From assembly GCA_045863295.1 (NCBI GenBank), contig BTWA01000024.1, positions 29,608 to 93,607 on the forward strand: a stretch of 64,000 nt of DNA, read 5' to 3'. The notes below the pieces were generated by a model that worked only from the letters and a program-made list of their open reading frames with translations, was not told the DNA's origin and did not search any database. This stretch comes from Candidatus Hydrogenedentota bacterium. Its GTDB lineage: Bacteria > Hydrogenedentota > Hydrogenedentia > Hydrogenedentales > SLHB01. How positions within the stretch are numbered: position 1 is the stretch's first letter; the number at the start of each line of letters is the position of its first letter. Below, in pieces: positions 1 to 12,355 of the stretch. The position numbers were made by a program, and so were the translations under genes.

Positions 1-15
1 GACGATCCGTGCCTC

Positions 16-1929
16 GTGTCCGGGTCGATCGCCGGCACTGCTTCCGAATTGTCCGGGAACTTTTCCGCTACTGTTTCCGGCGGAACGGCTGAATACAAAC
101 CCGCGAAAGAAGAGTGGCCCTCGGCAACCGTACAACTAGGCCGTATCGAAGTGGAATGGGATGTGGCCGAGAAGTCGCCGAGAGTCTTCATGCGCGTACA
201 AGATGGAACCATTCAACACGCGAAGACAAAGACGCAGGCGGAAAGTCTCGCAGGAATGGTAACCCTCCAGAACAGCGAAATTCGGATCGATCCAATGACC
301 GCGGAATACCGGAATCAGTCGCTCATGATTGAAGGTCACTACGACATTGAAACCCGCAAAGGGGAAGCCGCCTTTTACGGCACGGTCGCGGGTATTGAAG
401 ATACGTTCATAGCAGAAACGTTCAAGAATGTCTCTGTAAAAGGAACAGCCGGACTCCGCGGGACGGCCAAAGCGGACGGCGACCGGTACACGTTACAGGC
501 GGATGTCGATGTGACTGGCGTCCAGATTGATCATCGTTGGTGGTTCAGCAAGCCCGCCGGTTTGGGATTGCTCGGCAAAGTAAACGTCGACATTCAATCC
601 AAGAAGAGCATGGACATCACGGCGGATGTGATCGCCGCTGAATCCGACATACAGGCGGAGGCGCACTTCGTTCCTTCCGGCAAGCAATGGAACATGATCC
701 ACTGCCTTTGCACTTCCAAGAATCTGGATGTGATGACCGCCGGCATGTGTCTGCCCATTGGATACCGGATTACGGGAGGGTCCGTAAATAACTCGTCCTA
801 TAAATGGGAACGGGAACCCGGAAGCGAAAACCCAAAAGCATGGCGTTCTTCGTTTGCTGGAATCATCGATGAAATTCAACTGCGCGCCACGGGTGCCGAC
901 CAGCCAATTCAAATCAAGGACGTGACCGTCAGCGGTTCGATGAGCGAAGGCGACAATCCCACAGGAAGCTTGGTGGTTGCTGCAAAGGAAGGCATCATGC
1001 CCCCGTTCGGTGGCGTTTGGTTCTCTCGCTTCGAACGCGATTTGAATCTGTATCCGCCGGTGGACCGCTATTGGACATACGATTTATCCGCCGAAACGTT
1101 GGATGCAAAGCCTTGGCACGGTACCGGCTTTAAAGGCAATGCCTTCAGCACGCTCAATGAATTCGGATTGACGTCGTATTCCGCCGTTGTCGACGGTGGC
1201 CGGATTGAAGGCATGTATCGAAAAGACCAGCGGGAAAATTCATATACCGCCAAGAATTCATGGCAGGATGTGCCTGCCAAATACTTCTTTGACCATTTGA
1301 AATTGCCGTACGTGTTTTCTGGGCCCATGACAGGAGAGGTCTCGTATTCGCAAGACCGCGACGACCCCAGCACGTTGGAAGGGTCCGGGGAATTCACCAT
1401 GCAAAATGGCGAGTTCAGCGCCGATTTCCTGCTGAAACAGCTTCAGGAACAATTTGAAGGCGCATCCGCGCTTCCTCCGTCCTTGAAATTCGCCAGCCTG
1501 GATGTAGACTTGGCCTTCCAGGGCGATGTCGTTATGACCCCATCCATACTCCTGGAGTCTGACGCCTTGAAGCTGAAAAGCGAAGGCCAATTTGTCGTAG
1601 GGGGGGACATGGATTACGAAGTCACCATGGCCATTGCACCCGAAGCAGCGGAGCGAATTCCCGCGCTCCGCGAAAGTTTTAACATTGCGGGCCACAAAAT
1701 CTCCCAGAACGACATTGAGCTGGCATTTAAAGTAAACGGACCCACGTTGAGTCCGCGAAGCCAAATCGCGGGTATTCCCCCTGTACGGGTAACACTTGTC
1801 AGTGGAGCCCTGGAAGCAGCCAACGAAGCATTGCGCGTAATTGATGCACCTCGCAAGATATTGGTAGACTTGCTTAAGATAGGTGGCGGTATTGTGGGAT
1901 CCCGCCGGGCCAACGAGGGGAATTCGTAA
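16..1929 (+). CDS. AsmA-like C-terminal region protein (probably 5'-truncated by the window edge)
   Basis: Long beta-rich ORF ending in an AsmA_2-like segment (LEGSGEFTMQNGEF...LKFASLDVDLAFQGD...FKVNGPTLSP). Confidence 0.6.
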   Translation: MSGSIAGTASELSGNFSATVSGGTAEYKPAKEEWPSATVQLGRIEVEWDVAEKSPRVFMRVQDGTIQHAKTKTQAESLAGMVTLQNSEIRIDPMTAEYRNQSLMIEGHYDIETRKGEAAFYGTVAGIEDTFIAETFKNVSVKGTAGLRGTAKADGDRYTLQADVDVTGVQIDHRWWFSKPAGLGLLGKVNVDIQSKKSMDITADVIAAESDIQAEAHFVPSGKQWNMIHCLCTSKNLDVMTAGMCLPIGYRITGGSVNNSSYKWEREPGSENPKAWRSSFAGIIDEIQLRATGADQPIQIKDVTVSGSMSEGDNPTGSLVVAAKEGIMPPFGGVWFSRFERDLNLYPPVDRYWTYDLSAETLDAKPWHGTGFKGNAFSTLNEFGLTSYSAVVDGGRIEGMYRKDQRENSYTAKNSWQDVPAKYFFDHLKLPYVFSGPMTGEVSYSQDRDDPSTLEGSGEFTMQNGEFSADFLLKQLQEQFEGASALPPSLKFASLDVDLAFQGDVVMTPSILLESDALKLKSEGQFVVGGDMDYEVTMAIAPEAAERIPALRESFNIAGHKISQNDIELAFKVNGPTLSPRSQIAGIPPVRVTLVSGALEAANEALRVIDAPRKILVDLLKIGGGIVGSRRANEGNS

Positions 1930-1938
1930 CACGTATTT

Positions 1939-2508
1939 ATGGAAATTCGTATCGCAAAGCCGGGCAAGGAATGTTCCGGATCCAGCAAGCCATTCGAACA
2001 CGGTGAAGATGTAGTTTCCGTTATACGGATGAACGAAAACCGGTTTGAGCGGCAAGACTATGCCAGTGTAGCGTGGACCGAGCAATGGGCCGAAGGGGCT
2101 ATTGCCGTCTGGAGCACAAAGTATATCGACCCGGCCGTTGCCGATCAGCAGCCCCCCGAGGTCTTTTCCCCGTTGCGCCAGTCCTTCTATGAAGCCGTTG
2201 AAGGGGATACACGCATTCACATGGCCACCGCATTCCTCGCTGCGGAATTGCTCCGCCGGCAAAAGGTATTCAGGCTCATTAAGCATGCGGATGGAGACGA
2301 TGGAGAATCCAAAGTCGCGCTGTATACCGATCGCATTGGAAACAGGATTATTGAAGTGCGTGATCCATTTCTCACATTGGGAGAATTGGAAAAGGGGCGG
2401 ATCGCGCTAATGGAACGCCTCTCCCAATTGGAACAACCCGCAAATGCAACGGACGAAGTGAACACAGACCATGGCAAGCCAGCGCAAAACCAACCATCCG
2501 CCAACTGA
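1939..2508 (+). CDS. Conserved hypothetical protein
   Basis: 189-aa ORF 9 bp after the upstream stop and overlapping the next gene, consistent with an operon. Confidence 0.65.
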   Translation: MEIRIAKPGKECSGSSKPFEHGEDVVSVIRMNENRFERQDYASVAWTEQWAEGAIAVWSTKYIDPAVADQQPPEVFSPLRQSFYEAVEGDTRIHMATAFLAAELLRRQKVFRLIKHADGDDGESKVALYTDRIGNRIIEVRDPFLTLGELEKGRIALMERLSQLEQPANATDEVNTDHGKPAQNQPSAN

Positions 2509-3310
2509 AGACGGGCCGGTATTACAGTTGTCATCCCACCAGTTGACCTTGGCGATTTCCGCTCTGTTGGTGGTGGCATGTCTGCTTTTTCTGTTGGGCG
2601 GATTTGCCTTCAGCTACGACAGGGCCTTTTTTGGCGAAAAGGCGGAGAGCTTTCCGGAGCCCGGCGAAGTGCAACGGCCCGCACCCAACCCGGTAACCAA
2701 TGCAAAAGCTCCGGTACAAGGGGTGCAACAGTCGCCCCGCCGTGTGGAGCCCATCGCAAAGAAGGAATCGCCGGCCAGCAAACCCGCCGCGCCAGGAAAC
2801 AGTTCCAAGTCGATCGTGGACATTCCCGCTCCCACAGGTGGCAACAATGCGGTACCGGCCAACAAGCCTCAAGATCCCGTGAAGCCAGCCCCAGTGATTA
2901 CCGAGCCGGTTCCTGAGATGCCCGAAATACCGGAAGACAAGCCAGAATTGCCCAAAGAGGTCGCGATGGCGGATCCCAAACCTACCGATCCTGTTCCAGC
3001 GGATCCCGCACCTGTTGCCGACACGAAACCGGAAGACGCAGCCGACAGCAAACCGGAGTCCAGTGCGGGCAACTTTGTGATTCAGTTGGCCGCATTCGCA
3101 AGCAACAATCAAAAGGGAGCCGATAAGTTTCAGCGCGACGTGCTGGAGAAGTACGGGCTGATAGTAAAACTGGCTCCTTCGCCGGATGGAAAGCACTTGC
3201 GCGCACACCTGGGACCATATGGTTCCCGAGCCGAGGCTGAGACCGCACTTGCGGGGGTCAAGGATCACCCCGAGTTTAAGGGGTGTTTTGTCAAAGCGGG
3301 AGACAAGTAA
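2471..3310 (+). CDS. SPOR-domain membrane protein (FtsN/DedD-like architecture)
   Basis: N-terminal TM helix, Pro-rich linker, C-terminal FVIQLAAF...LRAHLGPYGSRAEAE SPOR motif. Confidence 0.8.
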   Translation: MASQRKTNHPPTEDGPVLQLSSHQLTLAISALLVVACLLFLLGGFAFSYDRAFFGEKAESFPEPGEVQRPAPNPVTNAKAPVQGVQQSPRRVEPIAKKESPASKPAAPGNSSKSIVDIPAPTGGNNAVPANKPQDPVKPAPVITEPVPEMPEIPEDKPELPKEVAMADPKPTDPVPADPAPVADTKPEDAADSKPESSAGNFVIQLAAFASNNQKGADKFQRDVLEKYGLIVKLAPSPDGKHLRAHLGPYGSRAEAETALAGVKDHPEFKGCFVKAGDK

Positions 3311-3337
3311 TGATTACATTTAGCCTGAGGGCATGAC

Positions 3338-4209
3338 ATGAAAGTCGCAATCATAGGACCAGGGGCACTCGGGTGTTATCTGGCGGCTCGCCTCACGAAG
3401 GCACACGTCGAGACGGTATTGGTGGACCATCGCCCCGACCGCATTGATCGTCTGAACCGCCAGGGAATCACCTTGGATTACGCTGGTGAGACCATTCACG
3501 TTCGACCCAAAGTCGTCCCGAGTGTTCCAAGTGGTTCCAAGCTCACTATTATATGTGTCAAGTCTAATTTTTCAAATGCATTACAAATAGACGGATCGAG
3601 TGAAGTTTTGACTTTTCAAGGTGGCTTGGGGAATGTTGAAACACTATGTTCCAAGGTTGGAAGCGCCAACATCCTAGCCGGTGTGATATCCGACGCGGCT
3701 GTTTTGCGCTCCGAAGGTAATGCATATTGTACTTATCCGGGTTCAATTCGGCTCGGATCATGGACCTCGTGTCCCACGGCAACTGCCGAAGAGGTTTTGG
3801 GGGCAGCGGGATTCCCCATAGAAATAACGGATGCCCCCGGACAGGTAATTTGGGAAAATGTCGCAGTCCAGTCAGGTATAGAACCGTTGACAGCGATCTT
3901 GAATGTCTCGAATGGCAAGATAATCGAGATTCCGGCTGTACGGCAATTGATGCGCGATCTGGTGGTTGAGGCGGTGAAGGTTGCGTCCAAGGATATCGTT
4001 TCAATCGAAGCCTCGTTGAGGTGGCCGAAGAACGGTGCATCCAAACGTATGACCACATCTCCGCCATGCTGCAAGACGTCAGGCAGGGCAAAGTGACGGA
4101 GATAGAATCCGTCAGCGGCGAAATTCTTCGCCGGGCACAACATGCCGCCCTTCCATGTCCTCGCACCCGCGTGGTATGGCAGATGATGAAGGGCCTTGAA
4201 CAGCGGTGA
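3338..4209 (+). pseudogene. panE: Ketopantoate reductase (PanE/ApbA)-family gene, split by a frameshift near 3989
   Basis: Rossmann motif IIGPGALG in ORF 3338-4096. The C-terminal motifs AMLQD...TEIE lie in a different frame (GYRFNRSLVEVAEE..., ending 4209). Could be a sequencing error. Confidence 0.7.
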
Positions 4210-4910
4210 GGCACCCTGGCCTCGTTTACTCCAGTCCGGTAACGTTTACGGCCAAACAGCGGCTCAGCCTCGCTGTAATTCCTCGTGCGATTGCGGGTGT
4301 CTTGCACGCTTCCTGTTCTACCTGCCGCGTCGAAAAGCGTGGACTCGATCACTGGAATACAGCCATGGCACGTACAGGCCATGCTGTTTTGTGTTTTTGG
4401 CACGAAACCTTGCCGTTGGCCATCTATACCTACCGAAATACGGGGTTTCACACCCTGACCAGCTATAGCTACGACGGCGAAATCGCTGCACGGCTCATTG
4501 AACCGTTTGGGTTGCATGCGCTGCGAGGGTCCTCGTCCCGTGGAGGGGCTGAAGCGTTGCGCGAGTTGGAGAAGGCCATTCAACTGGTGCCCATCGTGGG
4601 TATCACCAACGATGGCCCCAAGGGCCCCCGGCGGGAATCCAAGCCTGGTCCGGCGATCCTCGCGGCCCGAACCCAGAATCCCATAATTCCCAATGCGTTC
4701 GCGATTACGCGGTGCAAGCGCATGAAGTCCTGGGACCGCCTAATATTTCCCGCGCCTTTTTCACGGATTGTATGCGCGTACGGACCTGCCATCGATCCTC
4801 CGTCCGACACCAGCGAAGAGGCAATCGAGTCCACGCGTCTGGAGTTGGAGCTGGCCATGAACCGGTTGCAGGAATCTCTGGAATCCGAACTCAACGTCTC
4901 AAAAGGGTGA
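4206..4910 (+). CDS. DUF374 / lysophospholipid acyltransferase family protein
   Basis: Motifs CFWHE, SYSYDGE, RGSSSRGG, ITNDGPKGP, KSWDRLIFPAPFS. Confidence 0.85.
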   Translation: MRHPGLVYSSPVTFTAKQRLSLAVIPRAIAGVLHASCSTCRVEKRGLDHWNTAMARTGHAVLCFWHETLPLAIYTYRNTGFHTLTSYSYDGEIAARLIEPFGLHALRGSSSRGGAEALRELEKAIQLVPIVGITNDGPKGPRRESKPGPAILAARTQNPIIPNAFAITRCKRMKSWDRLIFPAPFSRIVCAYGPAIDPPSDTSEEAIESTRLELELAMNRLQESLESELNVSKG

Positions 4911-4998
4911 CTGGCAGCGCGGGTTCGCAAACACAGATCGACTTCAACTAATCTGAATCGCCCCCCCTCTCGAAAAGCCCGGCCCCGATGCCGCATAT

Positions 4999-7668
4999 AT
5001 GAAGGGCTCTACCATGAACCGGTTGCGTCTCCGCATTTGCTTGATTGCATTATTAACCAGCGTGGCCCAAGCAGACACCATTATCGCGTGGGAGTTTGAT
5101 TCGCCTCAGGACATAAACTACTGGGTACCCAACGCTCATTTAGCCAATGTAGAACAAATCGACGGAAAACTGGTTGCCGATGCGGTGGACAGCGATCCCT
5201 ACTTTTCATGCCTTGACCTCGCCCTGGATGCGACACCTTGGCAATACGTGATTGTACGCATTCGCGCAAGCGAATCCGGCCAGGGAGAACTCTTCTGGTC
5301 CGGCACCCGGGAAGGGCCTCACGGAGGCTTGTCGCAGGAAAAATCCACACCTTTCACCGTGACCAAAGGCAACTGGAATGACGTTGTCATCTATCCGTTC
5401 TGGCATACGGAAGGTTCGATTGATCAGTTGCGGCTCGACTTGTACAACGGCGCACACTATGAAATCGACTCCATCACAATAGGGGGTTGGAATCAGGAAT
5501 CCGATCCTTCCCTGGGCGAACCACAAACAGATCCTTGGCGGGATTGGCATTCCGTGCCGGGATCGGACGTGCATTTTTTCCGAGGCACCGGCGATTACTC
5601 TCTCATTCCATTCGCGATAATTCAGGCACGAGCGGAAATCGAGACTTCCTGTGCCTTTGTCTGGGCCACGCGCGGTCGTCCCGGAATGCATGAAGAGCCG
5701 TTTACGGTCAAGAAGGGTGACTGGCAGTACTTCAACCTGGAGATGGCCGGAAACCCGAATTGGCGCGACACGGTTGCGGTCGGTCTAAGAATGCCCGCCG
5801 GCGCATTTGTAGGGGAGTTTGGCTTCTCACAAACGCCGCAAGGGCCCCCCGTAATCCAGTCGATTTACTTTGGCATGGAGAATGGCGCCCCCCGAGCGGG
5901 ACGCCCCGCGTCGCTTATGCTACAAGTAGAGAATACAGGTGGAAAGCCCTCGATCTTGAACGACGTGGAATTATTTCCGGTGGAAGGGGCGATGTTGCAA
6001 AGCGACGTAGTTCAATCCATGGAACCCATCGAAATGGGTGATCGCACTTCCGTTCGATGGACTGTCGCGTTTTCGAATCCGGGTACGTACCAATTCTCCG
6101 CGGGCCGGGGTGGCGCGACCTATGTATCGTCTCCCATTCACGTGCTTCCGGCGCGGCGCATTGAACCGTTGGCGTATGTACCGCCGCCGCTACCGGTTCA
6201 TACCGATGCAGACATACTTGCGTATTACTTCCCGGGTTGGGACGCGGATGCGAAATGGGATCCGGTTCGCGGCACGGCCCCGCAACGCAAACCCATACTC
6301 GGCTACTACGACGAATCCAGTCCAGAAATCGTCGATTGGCAAATCAAATGGTCTGTCGAAAACGGCATAGACGGGTTTCTGGTCGATTGGTACTGGGTCA
6401 AAGGCTCGCAACATCTCACCCATTGGTTCGACGCGTACCGAAAAGCTAGGTACCGCGACCAGCTCAAAGTGGCGATCATGTGGGCGAATCACAACCCCCC
6501 GAACACACACAGCCGCGAGGACTGGCGCAATGTCACTCGGGAATGGATAGACAACTATTTCAGCCTTCCGGCCTACTACCGAATCGGCAATCGACCCGCC
6601 ATTTACCTCTGGGATCCGCGCAATCTGTTCAATGACCTTGGTGGGACGGAAGAGGTGAAGGCGGCGTTGGACGAATCGCAGGCCATGGCGCGCGCAGCGG
6701 GGTATGAAGGCATCGTCTTTATTGCCATGGGATATGGATTCGCGGCAAGCGATCTTGCGCGCATGCGCGCTGAAGGATTCGAAGGCGTTACCACCTACCA
6801 TGAATGGGGCGATGCCAACACCCCCGGCACGGGGGTTACAAAACCGTTTCAAATCGTTGCCGATACCGTGGAGACTTCCTGGAAAGCCCGCCACGATGCT
6901 GCGTTCCAAGCCGGACTGGCGTACTATCCCGTGGCCGATACCGGGTGGGACAGCCGCCCTTGGCATGGTGGAAAGAGCTATGTGCTCGACGGCCGTACAC
7001 CAGAACATTTTCGTACCATACTGGGCAAAGCCAAAGACTTTCTCGGGCGCACCGGAGGAAATACCATCGTGCTGGGGCCGATGAATGAATGGGGCGAAGG
7101 AAGCTATATCGAGCCGAATACCGAATACGGATTCGCCATGATGAACGCAATACGCGAAGTATTTGCATCGCAACCGGCGGATGGCTGGCCCGAAAATATT
7201 ACGCCGGAGGACGTCGCTCTCGGACCCTATGATTATCCGAAACTCGATCCGGTAACCTCGTGGGAGTTTGATAAGGGTCTCGACGGTTGGCGCGCCATGA
7301 TGGGTCTGGGCGACGTTCGCGTTCAAGATGGAGCCATGATGGCGACAACGTCATCGGCGGATCCCGCGTTCGTGGTGGAGCTTCGGAGCGTGCGTGCCAA
7401 AGATTTCAGCTCCCTGACCATCAATATGCAACTCGAAGGACCCTTGGAGACTGGCGAAACACTTCAAGTATTCTGGTCGAACAGCGGCGGTCCCACGAAT
7501 GAATCCGCAAGCGTTCATGTACCCCTCGCACAGGATGGAAAAATGCACACCTACTCCATACCCGTCGTCGAGAATCCCCGCTGGAGGGGAAGGATTTCGT
7601 TGCTGCGACTGGATCCCTGCAACCGCGCCGATGTGAAAGTGACCGTCGAAAACGTGAGACTGGAGTAG
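4999..7668 (+). CDS. Secreted multidomain glycoside hydrolase (GH99-like/WbsX-type catalytic domain)
   Basis: Signal peptide; AYYFPGW, PILGYYDE, GIDGFLVDWYW, GWDSRPW and NEWGEGSYIEP motifs. Confidence 0.75.
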   Translation: MKGSTMNRLRLRICLIALLTSVAQADTIIAWEFDSPQDINYWVPNAHLANVEQIDGKLVADAVDSDPYFSCLDLALDATPWQYVIVRIRASESGQGELFWSGTREGPHGGLSQEKSTPFTVTKGNWNDVVIYPFWHTEGSIDQLRLDLYNGAHYEIDSITIGGWNQESDPSLGEPQTDPWRDWHSVPGSDVHFFRGTGDYSLIPFAIIQARAEIETSCAFVWATRGRPGMHEEPFTVKKGDWQYFNLEMAGNPNWRDTVAVGLRMPAGAFVGEFGFSQTPQGPPVIQSIYFGMENGAPRAGRPASLMLQVENTGGKPSILNDVELFPVEGAMLQSDVVQSMEPIEMGDRTSVRWTVAFSNPGTYQFSAGRGGATYVSSPIHVLPARRIEPLAYVPPPLPVHTDADILAYYFPGWDADAKWDPVRGTAPQRKPILGYYDESSPEIVDWQIKWSVENGIDGFLVDWYWVKGSQHLTHWFDAYRKARYRDQLKVAIMWANHNPPNTHSREDWRNVTREWIDNYFSLPAYYRIGNRPAIYLWDPRNLFNDLGGTEEVKAALDESQAMARAAGYEGIVFIAMGYGFAASDLARMRAEGFEGVTTYHEWGDANTPGTGVTKPFQIVADTVETSWKARHDAAFQAGLAYYPVADTGWDSRPWHGGKSYVLDGRTPEHFRTILGKAKDFLGRTGGNTIVLGPMNEWGEGSYIEPNTEYGFAMMNAIREVFASQPADGWPENITPEDVALGPYDYPKLDPVTSWEFDKGLDGWRAMMGLGDVRVQDGAMMATTSSADPAFVVELRSVRAKDFSSLTINMQLEGPLETGETLQVFWSNSGGPTNESASVHVPLAQDGKMHTYSIPVVENPRWRGRISLLRLDPCNRADVKVTVENVRLE

Positions 7669-7727
7669 GCGTGCGGGATAAACCCCCTCTGTTCCTATCA
7701 AAACGCGAGCGTGTGGCTCATGACGAG

Positions 7728-7767
7728 ACTTGGGCAGGCGGCAGTTTCCGCTTCCGCCTGCCCAAGT
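7728..7767. terminator. 14-bp stem-loop between convergent genes
   Basis: ACTTGGGCAGGCGG(12 nt)CCGCCTGCCCAAGT perfect inverted repeat; no clear U-tract. Confidence 0.5.
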
Positions 7768-7784
7768 GACGCACCGCATTTCCG

Positions 7785-9233
7785 CTATGCGGTAAAGCCG
7801 GTTGCAGTTCCTTCTTCGATTACGCGAAATCCCACCAAAGCCCCGAGGTCGCGCATGCTTTGCAGGTGATCGCCGTAAAACACGACGCGATGTAACAGCG
7901 TCATCGTGTCCGTGCCCAATTGGCCCTCACCCCAGTTCTCGAATAGGCCGCGCGCATTCGCTACTTCAGTGACAAATTGCGTGCGGCAACCCAGCGAATC
8001 GTGTGTCACGTCGGTGATTTTGCCGGTAGATACCAGCATCGAGTCAAGGTTGGCAAGCTTCGCGCAGGTCACGGATTGCCCCACACGGTGTTCCACGTCC
8101 AGGGCCACGCCCCGGCCGCTGTCCGTCTGCGTGCGTATCGTGAACGGACGACGCTTGCTCGCGGCACCATCCATGCGCGTGGCCGACGTGCAGTGGAAAT
8201 GGATAAGCGCATTGCGCGCCACATCAATCACAGGATCGCTGATAAAGCCCGGTACACCAAACGCATAGGTAAACAGGAGCATGGTCAGCGTCGAATCCAT
8301 GTCGCCTTCACAAGCGCCCACATAGCCCTGATCATTCAACTTACTGAAGGCAAGGCATCCCTTCGCGGGTCCACCCATGCAGTTGGAACTGGTCACCGCA
8401 CAGGCATCGTTGGCCATCATGAGATTCTTCAGGGCCAGATAAAACCGTGCAGAGGCAACAATTTCTGGTTCTGTGGGTTCGACCACGTCTCTTGCGGGCC
8501 GTATCCAATATTTCTCCGCTTCCGCTTCCGCCTCCGGCAACGGCACGGACTCGAACGCAGCCTCGGTCTCTTCGACGGTGATGGGAATGAGTTCCACCCC
8601 CAGCTTAGCCTTGACAGCAGCCGCCTCGCAGGCGGCAGGCGTTCCCAGTGGTCCTTTTATCACAAGGATTCGGGATTGGCGAAGCCGTGCGGGAACTCGG
8701 AGCAGCGAGGCCGCGCGGTCGAGTTCACCCCAGTCGCTGGTGGGCATCAGCACCACCTTCTTGCCTTCTTTTTGCCAACGCGGAAAATACATCCAGCCAT
8801 GGCCGCTGAACGGCTGTGTGAAAACAACGGTGGGCAATCCCGAGTTTACGATGTGCTCCATGGCTTCCGCAGGCGCGCCACCGCCATGTCCCGAGAGGTG
8901 AAACATGATCACGGCATCCGCCTCGCCCAGCTGGCCGACCACCCGCGCCGGATCCTCCGGCGGTATGGTCTCGCCGCCGGTAAACGTGACATCCCCCAGT
9001 TTGGATTCGATGCCGGCAAGATAGGTTTTGAATTGATCGATTTCCTCGGTGGGCCGGGATAAGTAGATATCGCCTGTACGGCCGATGAAGACGGTATGAA
9101 TCTTGACAGGAGGCCGGTTCAGCCACTTTTCATCCTGTAGTGATAAGGCGACAGAAGCCATGGGTATGGCCAACAACGCGCCACTTGCTGCACTGCACCC
9201 CAGAAACTGACGGCGGGAAACGTGTGGACACAT
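7785..9233 (-). CDS. Tat-signal protein of the L-fucose/L-arabinose isomerase-like family
   Basis: SRRQFLG twin-arginine signal; CLAFSKLND.G..GACEGDMDS, HCT, CRTQ and HRVVFYGDH motifs. Confidence 0.7.
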   Translation of the reverse strand: MCPHVSRRQFLGCSAASGALLAIPMASVALSLQDEKWLNRPPVKIHTVFIGRTGDIYLSRPTEEIDQFKTYLAGIESKLGDVTFTGGETIPPEDPARVVGQLGEADAVIMFHLSGHGGGAPAEAMEHIVNSGLPTVVFTQPFSGHGWMYFPRWQKEGKKVVLMPTSDWGELDRAASLLRVPARLRQSRILVIKGPLGTPAACEAAAVKAKLGVELIPITVEETEAAFESVPLPEAEAEAEKYWIRPARDVVEPTEPEIVASARFYLALKNLMMANDACAVTSSNCMGGPAKGCLAFSKLNDQGYVGACEGDMDSTLTMLLFTYAFGVPGFISDPVIDVARNALIHFHCTSATRMDGAASKRRPFTIRTQTDSGRGVALDVEHRVGQSVTCAKLANLDSMLVSTGKITDVTHDSLGCRTQFVTEVANARGLFENWGEGQLGTDTMTLLHRVVFYGDHLQSMRDLGALVGFRVIEEGTATGFTA

Positions 9234-9478
9234 GACTCACCCTCCCGGAAATCCGGGTGCAGGTGCGCCGGCACGAACCAAAGCAAGCGCTGGGGGTCGA
9301 TTACTCTGTCAATGTCGCCTGGACAGGTTGCGCGCGAGCAGCCCTGATCCCCGACGTTGTTGTCGCGGCAATGCGACGCTGAGTTCTACCGTTGATTATT
9401 CTACACTGCACGCGCAGCTTCGTAAAGAGATCGTACCGGTAATCTATGCTATGATCTCCCGCTTTGGCAGGAGGCGGC

Positions 9479-11817
<2,339 letters not shown>

Positions 11818-11847
11818 TCACCCTGTCCCTGTCCACCGCGAAGGAGC

Positions 11848-12261
11848 ATGATCGTGTGGAGTTCTGGTCTGTTTCATTTGGCGCACGATATATTGGTTGC
11901 GCAGGCGGAAGCCCAAGGCGGAGCGGCAACCGGCACGGGCGCAGCGGCGCCGGCGCAAGCGCCCAATCCCTATTCCATGTGGATTATGCTCGCCGGCGTT
12001 ATTGCCATTATGTACTTCTTCATGATACGCCCGCAGCAGAAACGCGAAAAAGAACGGCAACAAATGCTGTCGTCGCTTTCCAAGGGAGATCGTGTAGTGA
12101 CCAACGGGGGCATCTTTGGCACGATCATCGGGCTGCATGAAAAAACGGTCGTAATTCGGATAAGCGATGATCCCGTCGTGAAAGTGGAAGTGCTGCGTCC
12201 GGCCGTTTCGAAGGTGCTGGGCGACAGCGGTAAAGACAAAGAATCGGAAAAGGGCAAATAA
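11848..12261 (+). CDS. yajC: Preprotein translocase subunit YajC
   Basis: YFFMIRPQQKR...KGDRVVTNGGIFG; sits in the classic tgt-yajC-secDF order. Confidence 0.95.
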   Translation: MIVWSSGLFHLAHDILVAQAEAQGGAATGTGAAAPAQAPNPYSMWIMLAGVIAIMYFFMIRPQQKREKERQQMLSSLSKGDRVVTNGGIFGTIIGLHEKTVVIRISDDPVVKVEVLRPAVSKVLGDSGKDKESEKGK

Positions 12262-12355
12262 ACGGATTACCTCGGGCGCGCGTCGCACAGCGCATTGCTC
12301 GTGAGATAACGCCCAAGGGCCAATGCGCCCGGGCTTTTCAAAGGTGGAGTGGCAC

